64,000 bases of DNA from Ophelia neglecta. Taxonomy: Eukaryota. The translations under genes and the position numbers were made by a program. The notes under the pieces are model-generated. The model saw nothing but the letters and a program-made list of their open reading frames with translations, was not told where the DNA came from and made no database searches. Of this stretch, positions 52,737-64,000 are shown piece by piece (the stretch's first letter is position 1; each line of letters begins with the position of its first letter). The DNA is taken from positions 17,794,001 to 17,858,000 of the forward strand of contig OZ260664.1 of assembly GCA_965285935.1 (NCBI GenBank). The letters run 5' to 3'.

Positions 52737-52952
52737 ATGTACCACTCCTGTTAAGTACGATCAGGCTAAGACTAGTATAGTTGCTAGAAGCCAATTAACA
52801 TGTACCACTCCTGTTAAGTACAATCAGACTAAGACTAGTATAGTTGCTAGAAGCCAATTAACATGTACCACTCCTGTTAAGTACGATCAGACTAAGACTA
52901 GTATAGTTGCTAGAAGCCAATTAACATGTACCACTCCTGTTAAGTACAATCA
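52737..52952 (+). repeat. 63-bp tandem repeat (~3.4 copies); diverged second cluster at ~53657-53848
   Basis: ATGTACCACTCCTGTTAAGTAC starts at 52737, 52800, 52863 and 52926. Confidence 0.95.
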
Positions 52953-55900
52953 TATTAGCAAAAAACTGGCACAATTTCTTGTGCCAAAGGTTTGTGTCAA
53001 AAGGTATCATCAATGGCAGTGGTAAATTCAATGTATTACCACAAAACAATGTCGATATGACAGTGGTAGGATCCATGCGTTACCACAAAACAGACACACT
53101 TTTGCGTGCTGAAAAAGTCATAGATGACAGTGGTAGAATCAATGCGTTACCACAAAACAGACACAATTTCTTGTGTTAAAAGGTGTAATCAATAATAGAC
53201 TAGTATATAGTTTCTGGAAAGCCATGTCGGTGCAAACCATTTTAAAAGTCACATTATGGACATTACATGGAGAGTATCCTTCACTTTGTTGGGACTAATA
53301 CAGGCACTTCAACTCAACTTCAACTCAGCTGTACACATGGCTGTACACACATTTCCGATGAACATTTTCTGCGATGACTCAATAAATAAAATTAAAATTT
53401 AAATGAAAATTAGAAATTAAAAATTAAATAAAAGATCAATAAAAACTCAAAATATTAACTTAAAAACAGGCACAATCACTTCTAAATCGTAACCAGGCAA
53501 CCACTTCTCTGTTTTAATATTGCAATACAATTAGCAGTACTAAAGGGAGAACAAATTTTATTAAAACACTACCTATTCTCATGCCAACCATATTAAGTGC
53601 TTTTTGGCTCTTTTAGCATGATCTAATTATCAAACTGATGACTATGCTAGAGGGGAATAAGTACAATCAGGCTGAGACTAGTAAAGTTGTAAGAAGCCAA
53701 TTAACATATACCACTCCTGTTAAGTGCAATCTGACTAAGACTAGTATAATTTCTAAAAGCCCTTTAACATGTACCACTCCTGTTCAGTACAATCAGACTA
53801 ATATTACTATAGTTGCTAGAAGCCAATCAATGTGCCACTCCTGTTAAGCACTAACCGTCTCTTAGCTTAACAAAGTTGCTAGGAGCTTTCTTTCTTCTTT
53901 AAATACAGAATACTTTGCAATAATATACCTCCCCAATTATACAGATCTATAACTAACTAATTCCTTTTATCCACTACTCTACTTCATATTAGGTGATCAT
54001 TTAACATAAATTTAGGAACATGCAATATTCAGCATGAAAGAAACCCTACAGATTCCATTTTATAAATTAGAAATGCCACTATACTTGGAAAATGCGTTGG
54101 ACTGCCATCGTCTTATAGCCTGAATCTGTTGATCAGACTTTCCTAATCCATTAACTTATTACAGACCGGGATTGGGACCTATTTTCGCAATACAGGTTTT
54201 GGGGCAATCTTAGAAGAACCTTCTTGTTACGGCTATTCCCCCAGGAAGACCGAATAATGGATCCTCAATGTGTCCTCTCAGTTGGGTAGATGCCTACAAT
54301 GTCATGGCCAGACACATGCTCTTGTTTGTATTCGTTTTTATTTGGAACTAATTGGTCTCTCTGCGTGCTCAAAATGCCCTAGTTTAGGGTTATCTGAGAG
54401 CATATATAAATTAAGATAGAATATTCTGCTATTTATCAGGTATAAAGGAGCACACTGTTTCCCAACTTACAGGCAGATTAGTATTGTCTGTAAGAAAGCA
54501 AATGCAATGGTTTTTCAAGGAATTTCCCCATGCCTCAATAGCTATTAAAATCAGAACTATCTCTAATTGTGTATTGCCAAATTTGGGCCAGGTCGAGGAA
54601 AGGGTGCATAGAACCCTTCGTGACCCCATAGGTGGCAAAACCAGCCAAAATTGCTGGGCAAGAAATAAGGATCTACCAATGAAGTTCTGAGTAAATTTGA
54701 GTAGAGCATGTACATCAGCTCTGACTTCAGCGTTATTAGGTTAAAATGATTGTGAGCATGTTTGGCCGGTCGTGTGGGGTCATACAAGCGGCGTAAAATT
54801 GCCCTACCATGTATGACTTAAATATTAGCAAAGTTCAACAGGCCGGTAAGCTGTTGAATTTCCTTAGGTACGTTCACGGTGCATATTTAGCAAGGCGGAA
54901 TTGGTTTAAATTACCTTTTCCTCTGGCATTCTTTGTTCATCTTGTTAATATCTAGTTTTACTCCATGAATAATAGACACTGTTGATGGCAAACAATTTTT
55001 TCTATCATAGATTGGTAAGCCATTTTCATAGCGAAGATGAATGCATGTTTCAAGCCTTCTATTGCATGCATCCTAAGTATGCGCTACGAACAAGAAATCG
55101 TCTAATATATAGAAAACGCCATCCAAGTTAGAGGAAATGGTCAAAATTTGTTGCAGTGCACTGCAAAATTCTCAAATATCTTTCAATAAATGGAACGTCC
55201 AAACAGAAGACTTTAGTCACAAATTAACTTTTTATGCCATTAATTAAGCAATTAAAGACATGGCAGTGGTGGTCTTGTGGACGTCGATGTAAGATATCAT
55301 ACTGGGGCCATATAGACTTGGAACATGAGTTATATTTGAAAGCTAGTGTATACCTTTCATAGAATTATTCTTATCAATTGCATTGGAAGGGTTGCCAAAT
55401 TGTTCAGAATAAACAATATCAAGTTTGGTAGATTCACCTTTTGGGAGAAGAGTGGCAAATTTCATACCGTGGTCAGCCCATATTTAGGAGTTAAATTATT
55501 ACATTAACACTTAACATTAATGGCAGAGAGTTCTTTATACAAATTGGTATCAAATGAACATTATTGTTTGATGTGGTCGCCTGGTTACCTCTGATGAATT
55601 GCTGTACAGCAGCAATCAAGATATCCTGTGTCGGCAGGGGTTCTAAAGTCGGCACAAAGTACTGGATGTCATCATATTCTGGGCTGATTTCCGGATCGTG
55701 TATAGGCATCGGTGAGTGTTAGTGTGGATATTGTTGAGCTGTCCTCATAATATTCGTCACCATATCAACGGTCGTTGTCCTATGTCCCCAAACCAAATGT
55801 AGGTTCGGTGACTTTATCACCTACTGGCCTGGTGGAGGAGGGGAAGACAATTCTTGGTGTACGGACTGATTGGTCAACAGCATTTGCCAGCTCCACAGAT

Positions 55901-56223
55901 TGGGATTTATTTGATGTCTTACTTTATGGCTTAGACACACGTCCACTTCAGAGTTTCAGTGCCATTCCTTTTAGGGAATATATAAACCTCTATGGTCATT
56001 TATGGCGGCATGCTGCAAAAGTAATTTAGATACGCCCAGAAAGTATTCTTAGACATTTTAACGTAGACAAATGTAATGAAAACTTGCTTTTGTAATATAT
56101 AACCCGTTCTAGTGGCCTAATTGTTTCATAACCATAATGAAATCCGATATGGCCTAGTGAATTAAAGTGACCATTTTACTAGTACTTAGAATTGCCTTAC
56201 CCCAAACAAACGCCGTATGATGC

Positions 56224-56573
56224 ATTAGCAAAAAACTGGCACAATTTCTTGTGCCAAAGGTTTGTGCCAAAACGTATCATCAATGGCATTGGTAAAATCA
56301 ATGTATTACCACAAAACAATGTCAATATGACAGTGGTAGAATCAATGCGTTACCACAAAAAAGATCAAAATGGCAGTGGTAGAATCAATGCGTTACCACA
56401 AAAAAGACACTTTTATGTGCTGAAAAATTCATAGATGACAGTGGTAGAATCAATGCGTTACCACAAAACAGACACACTTTTTTGTGCTGAAAAAGTCATA
56501 GATGACAGTGGTAGAATCAATGCGTTACCACCAAACATACACAATTTCTTGTGTTAAAAGGTGTAATCAATAA
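56224..56573 (+). repeat. Tandem repeats with GACAGTGGTAGAATCAATGCGTTACCACAAAA core; block duplicated at ~52954-53195, diverged copies at ~57025-57180
   Basis: Directly visible; lies inside the YR element. Confidence 0.9.
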
Positions 56574-58508
56574 TTGCCGTGAAACAGATACTCTATCTCG
56601 TGCAAATTATTGAAAACACTACGATAATAAAAGGCAGGATACCAAATTAATTACCTATAATAATCGGTATAAATCCATAATCGATAAACAATGACCACAT
56701 TGTAGCAGCGTAGGTAAAGCAGTCCTATAAGGATATGTCGGACCGATATCCAAAATTTAGAATTGTGTGGCTATCACACTTTATACAATACACGTGTCAA
56801 AACCTGTATAATAGCTTTCTGGTGGCATGCTTCAATAAAATTAGGTCTATACCAAAATTGAAACCGTAAAGTCGGCCCTTGAAATAACTGGCTGTTGTAA
56901 AACATAACAAGTTTAATTGCCTATGTTGTTTCGAAACCAGGATGTTATCAACATGGCCAAATGAAATGAATGTTACCATTGGATGTTACTTAAAAATTTG
57001 ATAATAATTTAATATATAAACAAAATATGACAGTGGTATAATCGAAGCATAACCACAAAATTAAACATTACCACAAAGTAAAAGGTCTATATGACAGTGG
57101 TAGCATCAAAGCATTACCACAAAACAGCAACACTTTCTTGTGCCAAAAATTGTAAATAATGAATGACCACAAAACAGACACTCTATTGCATGCTAATTAT
57201 TGGGAACGCTGCGACAATGATAACATGGAACTTTATCAGTTACATGTAGGTAGTTATACTCAGTAGACATTGGCCGCATAGTAATCCCAAAATAAAAGCA
57301 GAGCTATCAGGATATGTTAAACACATCTATTAATAATAAGACCTGTGTGGCTTCCACGCTTTATACAATACGTGTGACAAAGCCTGGATAATAGCTCTAA
57401 TTGCTCTCCAGCCCGACCCTTTTAAATCAATGTAGAGGCTCCCCCCTCCTGTTCAGGTAAATAAGGTCAGAAAATAGAATAAACTGTCGATGAGACAGCA
57501 CCATACCACAGCCAGATTGGAGCCGAAATTGTATAATCGGCAAAGCGCTGTGCCTATGTAAATCCAATATGCGTGTGTGCGTACTCATATATAAAAGACA
57601 ACTAACTAGTCATATTGAAGTTAGCAGGGGAGTTCTAGCATGCACTGTATAGAATATACTGCCCAATGTAGCCTATTAGACTCCCTACCCAATTACTAAG
57701 AATATGGCCAAAGACAAAGATTTTGTACAAGTTTCTCGGGCATTTTATAATCATTTAAATCAAGTCCAATGTCCCTTTCTCTATGTAGACAATATCCCCC
57801 CACACACACACATATATATACACAAACAGAGACTTGCCCATGTAGCCAGGGCATGTAGCTTGAAACCTCCATGGACAGCAAATGTCACCCTGCCCACATG
57901 TGTCTCTAAAATTAAATTTGGTATAAACCAATCTGGCTATATAAGAGTGCCTAGCCCCACACGACTTTTAAATATAGGGGGAAGTTCCATGGTAGATACA
58001 AATGCGGTTATAAGAGAATGACCAAGGTCTAAAACTCAGAACTGAACAGGAGAGCAAAATGTACTACCTTCTCTCTGGAGGGTCAGGCTGAAAAGAACCA
58101 ACCCAGACTATGTCTGGCACACTTGGCTGAACATGATCATGTGATCATTAGCATATACCTTATAAGGGTCTACAGCTGGTTACAAATTTCACTGCAGCTG
58201 ACCACTACAGAGTGTTCCAAAATAACATGCAGTCATCTAGATGGCATATATAGCATACAAAACATACTGGACAATTACAATGTGATGTTCAAAGAGTTTA
58301 AATTAATAACACAGTAATAGAAACTACTTTATTGATACAATAAACTATATGTTTGATATCGAATCCCAAGTTCGTCAACTAATCACCAAGGGTAACCTCA
58401 AAGGAATCGAAAAGAACCATTATTATATAGATACCCCCAATTTGTTTTGCAATTTTGAAGCTTAACCTGATTTCTGCTACTATTGTCAACAGCCATTGAA
58501 CATTGTAC

Positions 58509-58777
58509 CTGTCTCCTTGACAACCATTCCACGTCAGCTCCTTCAGGGAGAGAGGTCGGTTTGACAGCACCCTGTATATTTTCCTCTGCTAGCTTTTCTT
58601 CCCGAGACCATTGCTCCACCTTGCGACGGTCGGGCATGATTATAATCCGTCCTTCGTTGTTCCTGATGACCCTGGCCGCCTGCTGATTGACCTCACCCCA
58701 ATCACCAGCAGGCGGAAGTGGTTCATTACGTCTGGGAGCTATTATATCCACGGGTATCGGTTGAACCGGTAATGGAT
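58509..58777 (-). CDS. Sulfotransferase homolog exon 2 (luminal stem)
   Basis: AAACAG| ... CAG|GTACAA, 269 nt, phase 1 to 0, encoding Pro-rich (D)PLPVQPIPVDIIAPRRNEPLPP...WLSRRQ. Confidence 0.8.
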
Positions 58778-59025
58778 CTGTTTATGATTTTTAAAAAAAG
58801 GAAAGAAACTAAAACCAATGCCCAATTACGGGACAGTGTAGGCTTGAGCTGGGTACTTACCTATTAGATTGTTGAAAATATGATCTTTTCTAGATATGTG
58901 CTTGTTTAAAATATTTTACTTTTATAGCCTTGAGGCATGTGAAAAATATCGTTGCAATTAAAATATTTCAATGACAATTTCACTAAACTAAACATTGTTC
59001 GCCGCGAGTTATGCGAGTTACCTAC

Positions 59026-59194
59026 CGAACTTTGGTTCGTCCCTGCCCAGTGTGATATAGAGAACCACCGCTAGGAACGCTGCTATACCTAAGTACACCT
59101 TTACACGCTGGGAGCAGGGGAACACCGCCCTCAGCCATCCCAGAATGACCACAACGCCACTGTGGTAGCGTAATCTCAGAAAAGCTTTCTCCAT
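59026..59194 (-). CDS. Sulfotransferase homolog exon 1 (cytosolic tail plus signal anchor)
   Basis: Encodes MEKAFLRLRY...QRVKVYLGIAAFLAVVLYITLGRDEPKF with donor G|GTAGGT in phase 1. The four exons total 1635 nt (544 aa plus stop) with all phases compatible. Confidence 0.78.
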
Positions 59195-60195
59195 GAGGGT
59201 AAATCACAACATATAATGTCACTATTTAACGTTTTATTGTACCATGCTGGCCAATGTGGGAGCAGGGTAAAATGTACATTTAACCTCCAGGAAATGTGCA
59301 ATCGATATCATACCCTCGACTTGTTGCACAAGTCTCCATACGTCACCCCTTGACTGATGGGAATCTCAAAACCTGGGCGGATCCACAACGTGCATGCTTA
59401 CAAGTGGAGGTAACCAGATAAATCTTAAACACTTTAACATTGACAGCTTAATGTATAAGGCTAGGCTTACTCATTGAATCCGCCACTTCACAATGTGTAT
59501 TAAGTACGGTTATAAGTTGATGTTTGAACATGGCGAGGCAAGTCCTTTGTGATTTGAAACGACTGGAAACTAGCAGGTTATGTTTATCTGTTCGGGCATG
59601 GCTGGGAACATGGTCATGAAAAACTCTCGACCCTGTCACGGATACCGATGGCAAAGTCGTGCAAGTCCACACTGCTGATATTTATATTTATATGTGTATA
59701 CATAGTAAACGGTGTCTTTCCCTCAGACAAACACGATATTGTTGCATTATGGTATTTTGGTAAGATATCCGTCTCCTCGATCACAGTCGATTCAGGCTTG
59801 AAGATCATTGAACAGTTTCTACCTGCGACCCATGCTATACTTACAAGGACAATGTCAATGAAAATGCTCTTGCATCTTTTGAAACTTTTCTTCTTAATCG
59901 AATATGTCAGAAATAGGATTGGACTATAAATATATCAAATATATCAAACTCTCCTTATATTGGACTTATTCTACTAGGTGTTTGTTTAATCGTGGCCCAT
60001 ATATTTATCTGAATATTATGATGCTTACATTGAACTGTGCATAACTACCTATAGAGCATGCTTTAACCTTATTTTCCAATAAATATGTGCGGTGTATTGC
60101 ATAATATATACGGAATAGTTCACACCATTTACATCCGGTAAAATTCTATTAATGCATTGTCATTGTTATATATACAGCCAGTTTCCGCAAATCGC

Positions 60196-60326
60196 NNNNN
60201 NNNNNNNNNNNNNNNNNNNNNNNNNNNNNNNNNNNNNNNNNNNNNNNNNNNNNNNNNNNNNNNNNNNNNNNNNNNNNNNNNNNNNNNNNNNNNNNNNNNN
60301 NNNNNNNNNNNNNNNNNNNNNNNNNN
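60196..60326. other. Assembly gap (131 N)
   Basis: Run of N. Confidence 1.
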
Positions 60327-61470
60327 CCCCCCCTGTTTGAGCAGGGAATATACTTAATATGAAATACTAAAGTGTCAAACAATTTCCTACAACTTTTCCC
60401 AAGACGTTTACTAATTGTTTTTTTTTTTAACAAATAGTTTAGGATTTTTAGCATAACCTTACTTAGAACTTGCTCTGAAAAACAATCTCTTATATTCCAC
60501 CTATAATCAGTAAAGCTGTTCTCTTTGCCAATGGATGAAAATTTAAAAAACAACAAATTACGAGTAATATCATGTGTTTATTCTATTTTTACATTGTTCA
60601 GCATGACAATCACTTATTATTCATAATTGATATGTTGACACAGACACATGAACAACAACATCACTTAAAAGTGTGTTCAAGCACATACACCGCATCATTT
60701 GGAGACTGCCTAGTTGTCTGTATACAGACTTTCAGCCAAGACTGCACAGTCATTCTAGCAAGACTGCCTGATTATATTCTAATATTCTAGCAAGCATTCC
60801 CAAGGACCGACAAAGAGGCATGCGTAAAACGAGTGAGTGAGTGTGCGACGGAATAAAGTAAGAAATCTATCAAAGGTGTCGCGAATTCTGACAGGCAATG
60901 TGTTTGACAAAATGCCCTCGACCGTTCTTTCCTAGAATTCTCTCACCTACTTTCTTAACAGCAATATTAGAAACCAAACTGGGAACACCCCGAGTCTATT
61001 TTTTACTGATATTACTCCAAATTAGTTAGAAATATCCTTCGCAATTTCAGTATAAGCCCCAATGGCGTAAAAGAAATTTATATTTGAATTACCACCAATT
61101 AAATTCAAACCAGTAGTAGCGAAATAACTGTAATTGCACATAATGAATGTCAGACCACCAAATGAAATAAACTTAGTATTCTCGTCCAACAATTAATGCC
61201 TTTTATATTGCAATGACAATTTTATAAGCAAGCAAATGACCACGGCCTTATATTAATTCCATTCGCGTAAACGTTTTTGAAAACTAGTTCTTATTTAGTT
61301 GCAGTGCTGTAAACGTGACATCCTACAACTAGTGAAACTTACTGTCCGACTTGACTTAAATATTTGCCTATCGATGGGTTCACTCCTGCGGCAAGCGAGA
61401 GTTTCCTTAGCTATTCCAAGAAACATGTTTTCAGTCAATTGGGAATAATCCTCCTTTGTTTTGGAAGAAC

Positions 61471-61555
61471 TCAAGACATAGCAACATAGTTCGAATTGGG
61501 ACAGTCCCAATACATTTTCCATTCACCTTCTACCTTTTTCCATACCACACAATAT
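61471..61555 (-). CDS. SnoaL-like/DUF4440 gene, last coding exon (- copy)
   Basis: TATTTCAG| acceptor, encoding K-YCVVWKKVEGEWKMYWDCPNSNYVAMS*. Confidence 0.82.
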
Positions 61556-62426
61556 CTGAAATAAAGATAATTAACAACTAAAGATTCTGAATTGTACAAT
61601 ATATTTGCTTTTGTCTATATCTCAAATTTAACAGTTAAGTAGTACTCGTCGTCTGCAGTTAATCAATACGCATGGCACACCTTTCCATCCAAAGTGATAG
61701 CTTAAAGGCTCTATTCATTTTTCCTCGTAAGCAACGATCATTAGGAATTAATAGTTATAAGCAACCTCTTTAATATAAGCTCCTACGCTCAAATAAGGGA
61801 CGGTTATTGAAAGTGGCTAATTGTCTATGTGAGAACCACATTGATCAACACAAGAGTAGGAAAATTCATGTAGAGGGAATCGTTTTTCGTTGTTGGGTCA
61901 TCGATGCTTAATTCCTTTAAAGCAACTCATAATGATGTACATTTTGGACACAGCTATGGGTGTTAGACCAATCAGGAGCCAGTATACAGTACGTTTTATT
62001 TTGTGATGAAGAGTAACTGTTAGTATTAGTTTCATTAAGTATTGTAGAATGAGGCCGTTGCTAGGTTGGCGTCTACTTCATAATAACAGTCTGCTTAACT
62101 GTAGATTGAAAGTATAAAGGTACTCTGGGTCATATAAGACATTAGATTGACCAAATGAACGGCCATGTTGGCTTTACAAGACTGGCTGGGAGGTCGAAGT
62201 CTGGTTCCAAAACATTAAACATTAAGCGGAATTAACTAGTTTTCTAAAAGCAAAAGACTGCCATATATGGATGATGACTAAATAGATTTATGATTTGCTA
62301 TTTCAACTTTTGTACCCATCAATAAGATTCATTGTGCCATGTGATTTGTTTAATCTGATTTGCCTCAGATTACGTGATTTTAAGGTTGGGGTGGTACAAA
62401 ATATCTGAATGTGTACGCTTTCTTAC

Positions 62427-62577
62427 TTTCCCTTGTCCGCCTCCTCGCTGTCTGCGTTAAACATGGTGTAATGGCCTCTCTCTATGAGGAAGTCCCCGGC
62501 CTCCTGGAGCTCGTCCGTGTCCAGACGTCCGTGGTGAATGCCCGACTTCGCCATCCCTTCAAAGCACTTGGTGGCAG
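62427..62577 (-). CDS. SnoaL-like/DUF4440 gene, penultimate exon (- copy, intact splice sites)
   Basis: TTTACAG| ... |GTAAGA, 151 nt. The three differences seen from the + copy (GCC/GCT, GAA/GAG, GCG/GCT) are synonymous. Confidence 0.82.
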
Positions 62578-64000
62578 CTGTAAACATATGTGTAAAAACT
62601 ATATCCGGGCTCTTCCTCAGAATATGGGCGGACCATTTGGGATTCATATATTTAAAGCTAAGGAAACTGATTTTTCTCGTCTGTCTCATTGTCTGAACAA
62701 AAATTGTGTCAAGAAGAAAACAGAACTGGATCTCCAAGGGGCGGCGGTGGGTGTAGATCGGGGTGTGGGGATGGTGGCACGGATGTCAGGCCCCCCTTTC
62801 CATTTACAGTATACTCACCACAGCGTTTTGCTAGCCTCTAGGACCCCTCTACTATTCCAAATGGCATCTACAACGTAAATTACTATCAACTGTGTTCGCC
62901 TGCCACATACTGACATAAATAACATTGTATGCTACAGGGGCACTTGTTCAGTAGCGTTAAAAGTGTGCCTGATTCAATTACAAGGTAATCATCATTTTGT
63001 CAGACAGGGATCTAATTATCGCTTTCGACTGCAAGGACCTTTTCCAGCAAACACGCGTTATGGACAAAATTTCTTCTCACACAGAATCTCCTATAGCATA
63101 CGGCATCCTTGTGCCACGTGGTCCACTGAATCGTTTGTTCTGTGCATTGAAGGAGTACTCTTCATTGCCAGTGATAGAATATCGTGTACTTCACTTTTAC
63201 TTCGTCACAATGTTATTGGAGATCTTAAAGCTAAGGGTATGTGTTTGTGGACCCTACAGCTGACGGTTGAAGGTGAAGGTCCTGATAACTGATACTGTAC
63301 AGTCTGCCCTGGATCCAAGTACAGCTCTTGAAAAATCGCTGATGGACGACCGATTCTGCATGGGCAGACGACGACAAGAGCAGCATTCTATTAATAGCGT
63401 CAATAAAAAATAATATTGCATGCAACTAATACCACATTTCTTTGAAATCGCAAACGTAAATTTTCGATATTACTAATGTACCAGTCACTGGTATTCAAAT
63501 TGTTCATTTAGGACGCACTTAATAGAACCAATTGAACATTAACAACGCTTGTACATCCAGACACAGCTGAAAAAGGAATAATGATTTCTTTGCAATTGGA
63601 ATTTTGCATCAAAGGCACTGCAGACGCCAACAAAATCATTTCTGATGTTGGTGTCAGCGGGGACATTAGAGGACAATATCTATCTTGGATGGATGTCTGT
63701 CAAGATTAATCGATGATATGAAGTGCTTTGATTGTGTCTCTTTAAACGAGGGATAAAATGTATTTGCAATTAAACAGTTTCACTGCAAATCGGTCTTTCT
63801 TTGGCTAGCGGATTGATTTTTAATCCAGCAGACTGACTTCTGTCGTCGACTGACAGTCAGTCCCTAGATACCCCTGATAATCCAACCTAACAATCATGTT
63901 AAATTACCACAACACTTAGCGAAATTGTTTCCACTGGACTGATATTAACGATCTCTTTGAATAAATCATGCCGATATACAGAACAATGCGGAAACTCGTC

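Larger units (their letters stand above)
51391..58350 (-). mobile_element. Tyrosine-recombinase retrotransposon (Ngaro/PAT-type, split direct repeats), decayed ORFs
   Basis: A1 58350-58054 = A2 52016-51720 (297 bp) and B1 52150-52014 = B2 51527-51391 (137 bp), in the order A1-internal-B1-A2-B2. Remnants: RT YILDDFLF (~55085-55115), RNase H LEIVLILIAIEAWGNSLKNHCICFLTDN (~54480-54570), YR tail GKSDQQIQAIRRWQSNAFSKY (~54083-54145). Confidence 0.9.
60336..63003 (-). repeat. Inverted paralog of 26514-29228
   Basis: Reverse-complement colinearity with the + block. Confidence 0.97.

Noticed and set aside
51720-58350. Conventional LTR retrotransposon bounded by 297-bp LTRs
   Set aside because: No TG...CA ends or 4-6 bp TSD. 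A second interleaved repeat pair and a YR remnant indicate split-direct-repeat architecture.
62411-62878. 155-aa + strand ORF (and 26604-27150 minus-strand ORFs) as genes
   Set aside because: They are antisense shadows of the SnoaL-like exon and are frameshifted between the paralogs.

Overview
This is eukaryotic, AT-rich, intron-containing DNA. The repeat families suggest an invertebrate, probably a lophotrochozoan (inference only). (1) 1-24498 is a tandem array of ~7.45 kb units: three complete units plus the end of an upstream one. Each complete unit carries a short orphan membrane-protein ORF, and the unit junction cuts a Tc1/mariner-type MITE. (2) Two coding exons of an intron-containing SnoaL/DUF4440 (NTF2-like) gene occur twice, as inverted paralogous blocks (26514-29228 + and 60336-63003 -), the second next to a 131-N gap. 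(3) A repeat-dense zone holds a 27-bp minisatellite, a Helentron-like element, LINE and pogo remnants, and a 5'-truncated RT-LINE whose last ~926 coding bp are triplicated. (4) A Fasciclin-2/NCAM-like two-FN3 gene fragment lies on the minus strand. (5) A four-exon, 544-aa type II membrane carbohydrate-sulfotransferase homolog has degenerate PAPS-binding motifs. Its intron 2 is almost entirely a ~7 kb tyrosine-recombinase (Ngaro/PAT-type) retrotransposon with identical split direct repeats but decayed ORFs. No CRISPR array, rRNA or tRNA was seen. All calls are by eye, without database searches.
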